Below the pieces are notes generated by a model. It worked only from the letters and a program-made list of their open reading frames with translations. It did not search any database and had not been told where the DNA came from. Source: Chrysemys picta bellii (taxonomy: Eukaryota). Taken from it: a stretch of 64,000 nucleotides of DNA. Both the position numbers and the translations under genes were made by a program. Position 1 is the stretch's first letter; every line of letters begins with the position of its first letter. Where the stretch lies: positions 34,658,001 through 34,722,000 of the forward strand of contig NC_088794.1 in assembly GCF_011386835.1 (NCBI RefSeq). Reading direction: 5' to 3'. Below, piece after piece: positions 51,093 through 62,622 of the stretch.

Positions 51093-52177
51093 TAAAGACT
51101 GTATCTTGTTAGTATGCTGTACTGAAGTGAGATATGGCAGATAAAAGGAAGTCAGGTTAAGAAGCAATTACATATAGAGATCTTCATCTGCAGCAGAACA
51201 TGGAATTAACATCTTTTCAGACAGAGAAAGATGATTCAACTATTGAATTTACAATTTTATATTATAGATTAAAATTTCTAAAACTCTGCAGCTTTCAACT
51301 TGTGACTGAGGGGCTGGGACTTTAAGATCGGTTTAATGCAGGTTTAATCACATGCATGCCATGAAGAGAGTGCTTTTCAAATGGATTGTTTTATCGGTTG
51401 CTGTAAATCAAATATTCTCTAACCTGCAGGAATTTATTAATATATGTGGAATAATGTCTCCCCTCTTTAAGTTTGGAAGACAATCCAGTTATTCCCTCCT
51501 TACAAACAATAATGTTGTTAGTTAGAATTAATAAGTACTGGTTATGATTCAGCCTCCTAATACCAAGATTGATCCATGGGGTATTTTACAGCTTGTTAAA
51601 GTTTATTGGCCATCACAGATAATCAGTAAAAAATGTTTAATTTACTAATTACCACAGCTGTTGCTGTTAGAGGTGTTTAAGATTATTGCAATGCTCACAG
51701 TAACATCCCTTCCTGAAAACCAGTTACCTGACATTTATTTTATAGGAGAATTTTATTGTGTTTTTTGAATTGCATGTTATACTTAGCAGCTTTTACTTTT
51801 TAACATGATTGTTGAGGAAGACTGCTTAGGCCAGGGCTTTAGCCGCCTTTCCCTGGTAACTATTTAGAAAAGGGAAAAAATAATAACAAAATGCCTTTCA
51901 ATATTGTTATGAGATGAATTAAACCTTGTTATGGGTTGAGTTAAAACCCTTTTGGAACTGATGTGTGAACACGTCCTTCATTTAAGATAACTGTAAGTCA
52001 GTTAAGGGGCCACACCTAAAACAAACTATAATGGAATCTGCCAAGAAACCAACACCATGTGGATGGAGAGTTCTACTGAGTATTGTTCTGACCAGATGGG
52101 GTGTGCGTCTGTGGGTCGAAACCTCTCGGGTGGGATGCTGGGAGGGGACAGACAAGAAACAGAGAAACTGAGGCCAT

Positions 52178-52651
52178 GGCTGTGTCTACACTGCCACTTT
52201 CAGCGCTAAAACTTTTGTCGTTCAGGGATGTGGGGAAAAAAGAAGTTTTAGCACTGAAAAGTGCCAGTATAGACAGCGCTCCCGCTGATAAAACTACCAC
52301 CATTTGTTCGGGGAGGGTTTTTTTTTTTTTTTTTAAATCGCTGGGCGAGCTCTCCTCCGGCGATAAAGCATGTCTACACTGCCCACGTCACCGCGCTATA
52401 ACATGGGTAGTGTAGACATGTGAAAAAAAACAACCACCCCCTGAACAATGCAAGTTTCGTGGGCATAAGCGCTTCTGTGCACAGCTCTATCTATGTTGGT
52501 GGGAGGGCTGCCGCCGCTCATTTAGGTGGTTTTATTACATTGACAGGAGAGTTCTCTCCCTTTGGCATAGAGCGGCTACACAAGCAATCTTAAAGCAGCA
52601 CAGATGCAATGGTACAGCTGCGCCACTGTAAATTTGCTAGTAGACATGTCC
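52178..52651. mobile_element. Composite or nested Harbinger-type MITEs
   Basis: Starts GGCTGTGTCTACACT; internal AGTGTAGACATG at about 52410-52421; ends GTAGACATGTCC. Confidence 0.6.
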
Positions 52652-53288
52652 GTCAGGGACAGCAAGAAAGCCAAGAAGGAGCCCGTAAGCACCGTGCAAC
52701 CTTGGCAGAAATCTAGAGAGCTTCTGGGTCTGGTGCTGGCTAAAGAGACTTGGGACTGTAAGCAAAGAAGCTATCCCATTTTTGGTTCCTCCTGTATTTG
52801 GAGAAGCAGAACTTTGTACATTTTTTGTAAACAAGCAAGACTGCATCAAAGAAAATACCAGACTCCATCATTGATGTCTACTCCCCACGGGTACATCCCC
52901 AGCGTCCTGAACTTTGTCTAGCCACTCAGGTTGTAAAGAGGCGGCAGCATCTTGACTCTCCCAGCACTGACCTAGCACATCTCTAGCTACAAGACCAGTG
53001 ACGTCGAATTACGGTACCACTGACTTGCTATGAAACTTCACCATTTGTTTTTTGAGTTTACACTATTTTATAGCTACGTAGCAACTTCACATGATTAAAG
53101 AAAGTATTTGCATCAGAAAATATTTAGCAAGCAAAAATTGAGCCATTAGGAAGACAAACTACTATTGTACTTCCCAACTGATATTAGCTAAAAATTTTCC
53201 TTTTTTTACATTGTTAGATTTATTTGAATGCAATTTCAGGGGATGAAATTGGCGTCAGTGACTGCAGGAACAACTTTCATTTTCTCCA

Positions 53289-53438
53289 TGTAACCCCCAA
53301 GGAGATTACCTAGATTCCTGGGGCTCTGTCTGCTGGCAGCTCAGGGAGGGGGAGCCAAGGCAAACTCAGAGTCTGCCCGGCAACCAATAGGGAGTGAGAT
53401 GCCCCCCCAGGGAGTTCAGGAAAGGGGAGAAGCCATTT
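53289..53438 (+). repeat. Left terminal inverted repeat (150 bp)
   Basis: Reverse complement of 58142-58291, with about 4 substitutions and 2 single-base indels by manual alignment. Confidence 0.95.
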
Positions 53439-53599
53439 GGGGGTCAGTTTGGAGTGAGCCAGGGCAAGGGCAGGACTGGCTGTGTGGGAAGTTAGTAAGT
53501 CCCAGGCCTGCATGCAGGGTTCCCCCGAAAACTGGCCTCTAGGTACCTGAAAACAAGATCCTTCACCTGGGTTTTTCCTTCTCCACTGGTGATTCCCAT

Positions 53600-53764
53600 T
53601 CTTTGTGGTCGTTTGGGCCAGAAGACCCCAGGCATGGTTCGCCCTCCATGGCGAGAGCCGACCCCGGGCTCATCCACGACGCATTATGACCATGATAGCT
53701 CTGTCGATGAGTCACTAGGGAAAGTTGTAAGAGTATCCAAAGCTGTTTTGTCCATACCCCCACA
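53600..53764 (+). repeat. 165-bp direct repeat, copy 1 (protease-RT linker)
   Basis: Matches 57963-58127 with 8 substitutions by manual count. Confidence 0.95.
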
Positions 53765-55620
53765 TGGTAAGATTGACTTAAGAGAAAAACTTGAGAAGCA
53801 CAGTAGCAGCCTTCCTCATACAGTGATGATGGAGTCCTCTGATGGAGATAACCTCCCTAGTGGTCTGATGGTTCGAAGAGGTTTATTGTCCTTACTACAG
53901 ATGAAGGAAGCTGGCATTATGGTAAGAGTAAGAAATGAAACCAACCATCCCATAGCTATCAGGAAAGGAATGGCATTGGCACGACTGTATAGAGTAGAGA
54001 GTGTTGTAAGCCCTGCAACTGCAGCCGGAAAGCCCTGTAGGGCATTGGATCCTGGTCTTTTTAATGTTGGTAATTCTCCTGTTTCTCCCAGTTGGAAAGA
54101 CCGGTTGAAAAAGCAGCTAAGTGAGAGACCTAATGTGTTTTCCACTGAGGAATGGGATGTGGGGTGTGCCATTAACATGGAACACACCATTCGTTTGGCA
54201 GATAACAGGCCTTTTAGGGAGAGGTCCCAAAGACTGGCACCTGCAGACATTGAGGATGTGAGAAAGCATATCCAAGAACTATTGGAAGCAGGAATAATTT
54301 CTGAATCCCGTAGCCCCTATGCATCCCCCATTGTGGTGGTGCGGAAGGAAAAATGGGACTGTGCGCATGTGTGTGGACTATCGTACACTGAATAAAAGGA
54401 CCATCCCAGATCAATACACTGTACCCAGGGTAGATGATGCCTTAGCTTACCTAGCAGGAAGCAGATGGTTCTCTGTCTTAGATTTATGAAGCGGCTACTA
54501 CCAGATCCCGATGAGCTCTGAAGACAAAGAGAAAACAGCTTTCATTTGCCCTTTGGGATTCTACCAGTTTGAGAGGATGCCCCAAGGTATCTCGGGAGCT
54601 CCTGCTACATTCCAGCATTTGATGGAGAAGACGGTGGGGGATATGAATTTGTTAGAAGTGCTGGTGTATTTCGATGACTTAATTGTTTTGGGGAAAACTC
54701 TGGAAGAGCATGAAGCTTGACTAATGAAAGTGTTAGACCGCCTGGAAGCTAGTGGATTGAAACTGTCACTTGATAAATGTCAATTTTGTCAGACCCGAGT
54801 AAAATATATAAGCCATTTTGTGTCAGCAGAAGGTGTGGCGACTGACTCCAAGAAGATTGAGGCATAAACCACCTGGCCTATACCCAAAGATCTGAAAGCT
54901 TTACCATCTTTCCTAGGCTTCTGTGGATATTACCGCCAACTTGTAAAAAAATATTCCTCCATTGTGAGACCGCTCACCAATTTGACAAGAGGATACCCCC
55001 CAACGTGGAAGAGATCACCCCAACGTAAACTTGTGAGTCCTCCTGAGAGGTATTTCAAGGTGAATGAGCCATTTGGGGATCGTTGGACTGAGGAATGCAA
55101 CAACGCTTTCCATGCCCTTATTGAGAAACTCACCACTGCACCAGTGTTAACCTTTGCAGACCCTACCAAGCCCTATCAACTGCATGTAGATGCCAGTCTT
55201 GATGGATTAAAAGCAGTTCTCTATCAAAATTATGAGAATCAATGGAAACCCATGGCCTTTGTCAGTCGAGGGCTGACTGCATCTGAAAGACACTATCCTG
55301 TGCACAAACTTGAGTTTTTAGCTCTCAAATTGGCTGCTGTGTACAAACTTCATGATTATCTATACGGAGCGAACTTTGTAGTAAAAACAGATAACCTACT
55401 TACTTATGTGCAGACCACAGCTAAACTAGATGCTACTGGTCAGCGATGGATGGCTGCCTTGGCTGCTTATGACTTTAAGCTGCAGTACCATTCGGGTCAA
55501 ACAAATGCAGATGCAGATGCATTGTCCCGTCGCCCTCATAACCCACTCGAGGAAGAGTCTGAGTGGATGGAAATATCTCCTCCTGCTATTCGTGCCACCT
55601 GCAAGACCATAATAGGAAAA
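53600..55620 (+). pseudogene. Gypsy pol fragment: linker, RT, RNase H (stops and frameshifts; no integrase)
   Basis: SRSPYASPIVVVRK, CVDYRTLN, FSVLDL*SGYYQI, KTAFICPLGFYQFERMPQG, VYFDD, LHVDASLDG, KLEFLALK, TDN, NADADALSR. Confidence 0.95.
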
Positions 55621-56490
55621 CTGCAGCCCTTACAGAAAGCTGAATTTCTTTTCAGGCATTAAACCAGTGCCTGTAGGGGAAGATGACTATGACACTTGGA
55701 GGCATCAACTAAATCAGCTGATGCAGGAATGGCAATGTAGTGAGGCTAAAAAGAAGAAACGTGTGGCAGAAAGCCTGCGAGGACCTGCAGGGAATGTAAT
55801 CTGTGCATTAAAAGCCAGCAAGCCTGTTGCCACTGTTGATGACTATCTCTCAGTGATGGCGGGTACCTTTGGGACCCTACAGACAGGGGAAGACCTCTAC
55901 TTTCAATTTCGGTCCTGTTACCAACAGCCAGGTGAAAAACTATCTTCCTGTCTTCACAGATTGGAACCATCCCTTCAACTGTGCATCCGCCGTAAAGGCA
56001 CTGAGAGGAGCAAGGAACACCGAGTACGACTAGAACAGGTCATACAAGGTGCCATTTATGACGACTTTCTAATGATGAAATTGAAACTTGTAGACCAATT
56101 GGACAGTCCTCCAGAATTCCATCAATTGCTGCGAGAAGTCTGAGAGGAGGAGGAAAAGAGAACTGTTAGAGAAAAGAATAAGATCTCAGTCAGCAGGACC
56201 GTTGCGCCTAACAAACTGAAGGATGACCCTTGTCTGTCTACCACTGAGGACCTCCATCAACAGCTTAAAACCCTGACAGCACAGCTCACTGAATTTATGA
56301 CAAGTAAGATGCCTCAGAGGTTACCTAGTGAAATTCTGCCACCAACTTTGACAGAAAGAAAGTACCCTCCTTTTCGCCCAGGGAGAGGGGACCCCAACAG
56401 AGAACCTGTAAAGAAAACCTTGGTAACCCTTCCAAGGAAAAAGAGATTCTGCTACCAATGTGGTGAGGATGGCCACAACCGGAGGAACAA
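55620..56490 (+). pseudogene. Gypsy gag C-terminal part (PNMA-like capsid, truncated CCHC knuckle)
   Basis: YRKL-x-FSGIKPVPVGEDDYDTW...ESLRGPA...FGTLQTGEDLY...YQQPGEKLS; CYQCGEDGH at 56450-56476. Confidence 0.9.
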
Positions 56491-56824
56491 AGAGAAGGTA
56501 GCACAACGAAAAAGGGAGCATACTGGGAGCCATTACAGTCAGCGCTCCACTAAGTTGTGTTATGAACAGCCTTCCTGGAGCCCATTCCCAGAGGGACTAA
56601 TAGACCCAGCAGCAGTAGTTAATGTGATGGTAGAAGGGATTCTTTGTAGGGCCCTGCTGGACAGTGGATCTCAGGTCACCATCATTACTAGAGAATTCCA
56701 TCAGCAATTCTTGCCTCAAGTGGAAAAAAAATATGGAGATATACCTATCTCATAGAACTGGAAGGGACCCTGAAAGGTGATTAGGAGTACTTGTGGCACC
56801 TTAGAGACTAACAAATTTATTAGA

Positions 56825-56864
56825 GCATAAGCTTTCGTAGACTACAGCCCACTTCTTCGGATGC
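56825..56864 (-). ncRNA. Minimal hammerhead-like motif in the sense 3' pLTR
   Basis: GCATCCGAAGAAGTGGGCTGTAGTCTACGAAAGCTTATGC; one G.U wobble in stem II relative to the other copies. Confidence 0.5.
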
Positions 56865-57452
56865 ATATAGAATGGAACATATATTGAGGAGATATATATA
56901 CACACATACAGAGAGCATAAACAGGTGGGAATTGTCTTACCAACTCAGAGGCCAATTAATTAAGAGAGAAAAAACTTTTGAAGTGATAATCAAGCTAGCC
57001 CAGTACAGACAGTTTGATAAGAAGTGTGAGAATACTTACAAGGGGAGATAGATTCAATGTTTGTAATGGCTCAGCCATTCCCAGTCCTTATTCAAACCGG
57101 AGTTGATTGTGTCTAGTTTGCATATCAATTCTAGCTCAGCAGTCTCTCGTTGGAGTCTGTTTTTGAAGTTTTTCTGTTGTAATATAGCCACCCGCAGGTC
57201 TGTCACTGAATGACCAGACAGGTTAAAGTGTTCTCCCACTGTTTTTTGAGTATTTTGATTCCTGATGTCAGATTTGTAAGTATTCTCACACTTCTTATCA
57301 AACTGTCTGTACTGGGCTAGCTTGATTATCACTTCAAAAGTTTTTTCTCTCTTAATTAATTGGCCTCTCAGAGTTGGTAAGACAACTCCCACCTGTTTAT
57401 GCTCTCTGTATGTGTGTATATATATCTCCTCAATATATGTTCCATTCTATAT

Positions 57453-57492
57453 GCATCCGAAGAAGTGGGCTGTAGTCCACGAAAGCTTATGC
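57453..57492 (+). ncRNA. Minimal hammerhead-like motif in the inverted pLTR
   Basis: GCATCCGAAGAAGTGGGCTGTAGTCCACGAAAGCTTATGC, identical to the reverse complement of 13950-13989. Confidence 0.55.
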
Positions 57493-57962
57493 TCTAATAA
57501 ATTTGTTAGTCTCTAAGGTGCCACAAGTACTCCTGTTCTTCTTTTTGCGGATACAGACTAACACAGCTGCTACTCTGAAAGGTGATTGAGTCCAGCCCCC
57601 TGCCTTCACTAGCAGGACCAAATACTGATTTTGCACCAGATCCCTAAGTGGCCCCCTAAGGGATTGAACTCACAACCCTGGGTTTAGCAGGCCAATGCTC
57701 AAACCACTGAGCTATCCCTCCCCTATTGCTTGTCCCATATCAAGTGAAGATCTATCCTCTAGAGGGATTGGCAATATGGAGCCTTAGCAATGTTAGTTAC
57801 CCGTATGAGGGATATGTACTAGTGACTAAGTTCTCCTGCAGAACTGGCTGGATGTCTCCAGGATTGTGATACTCTGGCTTTGATTTATCCTGAGACGCAA
57901 AATTCTGATGGCATTCCCATATTGATTGGAACCAACAGCAACATGTTCCAGTCTTTGGCCAC

Positions 57963-58127
57963 TCTTTGTGGGCGTTTGGGCCAGAAGACCCCAGGCATGG
58001 TTTGCCCTCCAGGGCGAGAGCCAACCCTGGGCTCTTCCATGACGCATTATGACCATGATAGCTCTGTCGATGAGTCACTAGGGAAAGTTGTAAGAGTACC
58101 CAAAGCTGTTTTGTCCATACCCCCACA
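57963..58127 (+). repeat. 165-bp direct repeat, copy 2
   Basis: Duplicate of 53600-53764; ends 14 bp before the right TIR. Confidence 0.95.
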
Positions 58128-58141
58128 AGATATGGACTCCA

Positions 58142-58291
58142 AAATGGCTTCTCCCCTTTCCTGACCCCCTGGGAGGGGCATCTCACGCCCTATTGGTTGC
58201 CGGGCAGACTCTGAGTTTGCCTTGGCTCCCCCTCCCTGAGCTGACAGCAGACAGAGCCCCAGGAATCTAGGTAATCTCTTTGGGGGTTACA
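58142..58291 (-). repeat. Right terminal inverted repeat (150 bp)
   Basis: Reverse complement of 53289-53438. Confidence 0.95.
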
Positions 58292-60559
58292 TCCACTAAC
58301 CGTTTATTGCAAATAGAATAGCTGCAATAGAAAAGAGCTTAAAAATATATATCAAGAATGTATTTTAGTTACTAAAAACCCTTATTGACCCCCTGTTGTA
58401 AGAAAAGTGAACTACTGTATCATATCTTACAGGTCTATATGAATTTATTGATTCTTCCAAAGTTCTGAGAAGCATCTTTTAAGAGCAGCCAAAAAAGTCA
58501 ATACCACATTAGAAAGGTCATACAGAGTCAAGACTTTTTTACATTATAAGCTGGCACAGAATTATGCTTGCTGAATGTCATATGTATTTCAAGGCTTCAG
58601 ACCCAGAGCTACTTTACATACATTTTGATACGTAGTTCCCAAATCAACACCATTAATGACTAGAGCCAAGTCTCTTCTAGGACAATGCCAGAATCACAGA
58701 AAGAGGGAACTGTTTTCTGTGCATTAGCTTCACCCCATATGGAAGATGTCAGAGACTAAGGCTCTGCTCATGTATGTTTGCAAGGCAAGACAACCCCACT
58801 TGTCCTTGGTGGTTCAGCCACTTGGGCAGACACCAGTAATTGATGCATAGGCAGAGGTTAGTAGGAGAGATGGTCAAACATAGCAATCCTATTCAGAGCT
58901 GATGGTTGTGCAGAAGAGGCAAGGTGAACTGGACTAATGATTGCTATGAGGGGGAAGTAGAGGGAGTTGGAGGTTTGAGTGGGACAATGAGGGCTAGGAA
59001 AGACTATCAGGAAAAACAAGGAGTGGGAAATACAAAGTAGAAAAAATCCCAACCGGCTCAGAGGGTGGAGGAACATCTGGGCTGAGTCACTGCTGATTTT
59101 TGGCAAAGTGAATGGACAAAGAAAACCTACATACATCAGCTACTGCCTCCACTCAGCATGCTGTCGCTCAATACTCTGAATTCTTCCTGAAATGTACCGT
59201 GAGTCTGGCAGTCTGAGGAGATCTAGAGAAGGTTCTACAGCACATTTCCTGCAAATCTCCGAATGAAGAACACCAGCACACCAATCCATTTTCTCCAAAT
59301 CATGCCTATACATTTCCCCCTGCCCTTACCAACATGGAAGGGGAAAGAAAGGGGAGTTACACACCTCTACAATGGAAGCAACAAGATGCAGCAACAGGTA
59401 AACCTCTCAAAATCCCCTCTGGATTTTCCATTGTGTAGTAGCTTTTTGCAAAGCAAAGGGTGTCAACAGCAGTTAGCCGGCAGAACAAAAAGGAGGTCTT
59501 ACTTATTTCTTCAGGTATATCTATAAGCCATTTTAAGATTAATATTAAAGGATATACACATTAAATAGTTGACAGAACACAAGGCATACTGATTATTTAA
59601 AGAATAAAATGTGACTATTATATATAGCACAACCTTCCTACTTGGTTTTGCAGTAATCTGATACTGATATGAAATGCAAGTATTATACAGTACTCTGAAA
59701 TCTACTGACAAATTATCTTTAGTTGTTTAATGCACACAATGTGGTTATAACAATCTTTCTCTTGTTCCCTTCCTCTTCACTGGGTTTTGTACATCACGAG
59801 TGGAATAACTATGCTTAGACAGTGATATGCTGGAAGATTGTGGCATCTGCTTGCTAATTATATACAATTTGTTGATCAATGTTGAAAATTAATTAATGGA
59901 TGATATATGCATGGCATTTATCTTAAGCTATTATAAGTCTGTATTCATGTGAATAATGAATGAAGCAACACAGGATTTTGCCTGCAGTCCTACAGGATAA
60001 TCATATTAAATCAGCATTTTAACAGTTTATTCTAGTAAGTTAAAATGTTTTCAAAACAAATGTGAGTTGTTATTAAACCAGCTCAGTTACAATACCTATT
60101 CACTATTCACAAATGTTTGTTATTGTAGATGCATCTGCTAATAAATGCAACAATGCAAGACAATTAGATTCCAGTATTTCTAATCCTTCAAAACTTTACT
60201 TTTTAAGCCTATTCATGTGGGAGGGGAGGAAGGAAGAAGAGAACAGCCCAGGAAGCTGTGGAGATCATACCTCTGACCAAAACACTGACTGTTACCTAGA
60301 AGGTGCAGTAAAACGAAAGCATTTTCAATTCTAAACCTCAACCGCAACCTCTATCACCACCAATTTATTTTTCTGCTCTGATCACTTGCAAGAAACACCA
60401 TCACTGCAGACTATTAACTTCTTAAAAATACCTATGTAAATGTTTTTATTTTATAAGTGTTCCCTGTCATTCTACTTCTCTGAGGATAAGTACTGAGGGT
60501 TTTCTGGGAGTTCCAAGACCACTTTGATACAAAAGCTGCTTTTAACTGGGGGCTTCAAC

Positions 60560-61290
60560 AGACACATGTTGGAGAACTGAGGGCTCTTCAATGCTTCCTG
60601 CCTTACCTTCTACTGTGGAGGCTCTGCCTCAGATGAAGAAGTGCTCAGCATCGCTGTCTTCAAGCACTGGACCTTAAGTAGGTCCAGAGGCCATGTCTTG
60701 GCAGAGACCTTTGCTTCAAAGGTGGCATGGCATGCTTTGATGAGGCAGGTCCACTAGCTTACACTGATTGATACAGACTGAGCCTACAGTAAGCTCCAGT
60801 GCTCAGCTGTCTTGGCTCATTCAGGTTTTTGTTTCATGAGTTTGGCATGAGACTGGCTTGGAGAAGTTTGAAGGGCAGATTTAAGGAATTTTCCATGGGG
60901 CAACTCAAGGAGGGCTTAGATGTGCTCCCCATGTTTTCTTATTGCTCAGTGTGACCGTGCAAAGCACGTTTGGCATTGCTGGGTATTGTAGCTGGCTCAG
61001 AGGCCAATTCAGTGAAGGCATTTGTCTTTCATGGTGGTGATTCCACCATGCTAAAATGCCTGCAAGCCACTAAGCAACCTTCTTCCTTAGTTGTAGACAT
61101 TTCCTTTTGAAAGGAAAGGAAAATGATTGAGGGACACCAGAGCACTATGCACACATACAGAGCACCCAAGCATGCACTGAGGAGTGAACACTGAAACTGC
61201 TGGCACTGAAACAAGTGTCAAATCAAAGTACTAGAAAAAACACTGGTGCCAACACAGGCAGTGAAACACTAAACCACAAACCCCACAAGT
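60560..61290 (-). mobile_element. Possible very old DIRS gag remnant
   Basis: Cys/His-rich ACLGALYVC segment near 61150-61180 and composition similar to other DIRS 5' regions; weak. Confidence 0.3.
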
Positions 61291-61320
61291 GATAAGTCCC
61301 AGAAGCTGGAAGTGGATGAC

Positions 61321-61458
61321 AGGGGACAGATCACTTGATGATTACCTGCTCTATTCATTCCCTCTGAAGCACCTGGCATTGGCCACTGTCAGAAGACAGG
61401 ATTCTTGGCTAGATGGACCATTGATCTGACTCAGTATGGACGTTCTTATGTACTTATG
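61321..61458 (+). mobile_element. CR1 3' UTR remnant
   Basis: CCTGGCATTGGCCACTGTCAGAAGACAGGAT...GCTAGATGGACCATTG...GTTCTTATGTACTTATG octamer tail. Confidence 0.75.
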
Positions 61459-62622
61459 CCAAGATAGGCTCTGATGTGCCAGATTACAAGTGCTGAGGTT
61501 GCAAAACCAAGAAGTATTGAAGTATCAAGGCAGGTGTTTATCTTCCTCTTCTACTTTGTTTATAAGCTCTTTGAGGAAATGACTGCCTTTTCATTGGGAC
61601 CTGTTAATGCTACTGGGATACAAACAACAAAGTTCTGAAGTCCTGGAAAAATGTAACAAAGTGCTGGATGAGGGCATTTAAGTACCCAAGGCAAAAGCCA
61701 CAAAATATTTACATTTTTGAATGGACAAGACTATATAACAGGGCTGAATCTAAAAGATACCCAAATGCTTTGCAGGGACCTGGGGATAGAAGGGAAACAG
61801 TGATTGAGGAGGTGCAACCCTGCAGAGAGCTCCTTTATCAACCATGGTCGAGAAGGATCTGACTGGAGTGTTCCAAAGGTGGTAGTTAAACTTAGGTGGT
61901 GCAGCATGTTGGCCATTAGGATCCTGACTTGTATTTCATCCCACTACTAGTGCCATCACAGGACAAAAATCTGTCAAGAGTTTGGTGAGTTCCACTAGTC
62001 TCCTGTTTGAAAACTGAAATTCATACACCGGAATCCTGGTAGATGGTAACCGGAGGGAAAACTACACAGTACAACTAGCCCTTATGGTATGTGTCATAAT
62101 CTTAGTTTTCTCAAACTTAGGTGGAGTTTGAAGTCAAATTTAAGAGCATGTTTTATTAAATATGAAACTATGCAGAGAAAATTTGTTTTTAAGTGCTATG
62201 AACCACAGCAGTCAACAAATCTCACAAAAGGCTTTGCTATTACAAAACTAATCCCATCTGTTAACACCAGATGAACATAGAAGTGCTGGGCTTACACTAC
62301 ATTAATTAGCATGTATCTCAATAGAACCTTGATAAAACTCCACAGTTTGGTTGATTGTATAGACTATCTGCAAAGCACTCATTAGGTCCAGCTGGGCTGA
62401 CTAAGAAAGCCCAGATGAAGAGATGGCCTTTTGTATCACTGCAAGCTTTAAAAGGCTTCCATTTTTCTCTGAGACAAAGATCTAACTCATTTGCAAGCCT
62501 GAAGAAATACACAGTGGTAATGAAGCAAGATCTGCAATAACATGCACACAGGCAATAAGGGACTCTTGTGATTATCTGAAAGACAGCTCTTCACTTAAAC
62601 ATTATACAAGTGTGTCATGAGG

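Larger units (their letters stand above)
56783..57580 (-). mobile_element. 5'-truncated Penelope-like element with inverted 5' pLTR and GIY-YIG C-terminal fragment
   Basis: ORF segment KTVGEHFNLSGHS...LQRETAELELICKLDT..GLNKD; inverted arms 56783-57041 and 57274-57534; duplication CTGAAAGGTGATT at 56770-56782 and 57575-57587. Confidence 0.92.
56724..57722 (-). mobile_element. tRNA-derived SINE (same family as 41186), split by the Penelope insertion
   Basis: Head GGGAGGGATAGCTCAGTGGTTTGAGCATTGGCC at 57722 running leftward; tail CCCTTCCAGTTCTATGAGATAGGTATATCTCCATATTT at 56724-56782. Confidence 0.92.
56575..57962 (+). pseudogene. Gypsy aspartic protease, split by SINE plus PLE insertion at 56724-57722
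   Basis: ALLDSGSQVTII (DSG at 56660-56668) upstream of the insertion; YPYEGYV-like segment and IPILIGTN downstream. Confidence 0.88.
53289..58291 (+). mobile_element. Gypsy-derived, integrase-less element with 150-bp terminal inverted repeats and circularly permuted gag-pol
   Basis: TGTAACCCCC...GGGGGTTACA termini; TSD TCCA at 53285-53288 and 58292-58295; internal Gypsy domains as listed in the following features. Confidence 0.88.

Noticed and set aside
53587-53600. TGGTGATTCCC as a tRNA primer-binding site after the left repeat
   Set aside because: I could not match it to a vertebrate tRNA 3' end from memory, and no polypurine tract precedes the right repeat.
53289-58291. Autonomous Ginger transposon
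   Set aside because: No integrase/transposase (HHCC, DDE, GPY/F) motifs were found between the TIRs; only gag, PR, RT and RNase H.
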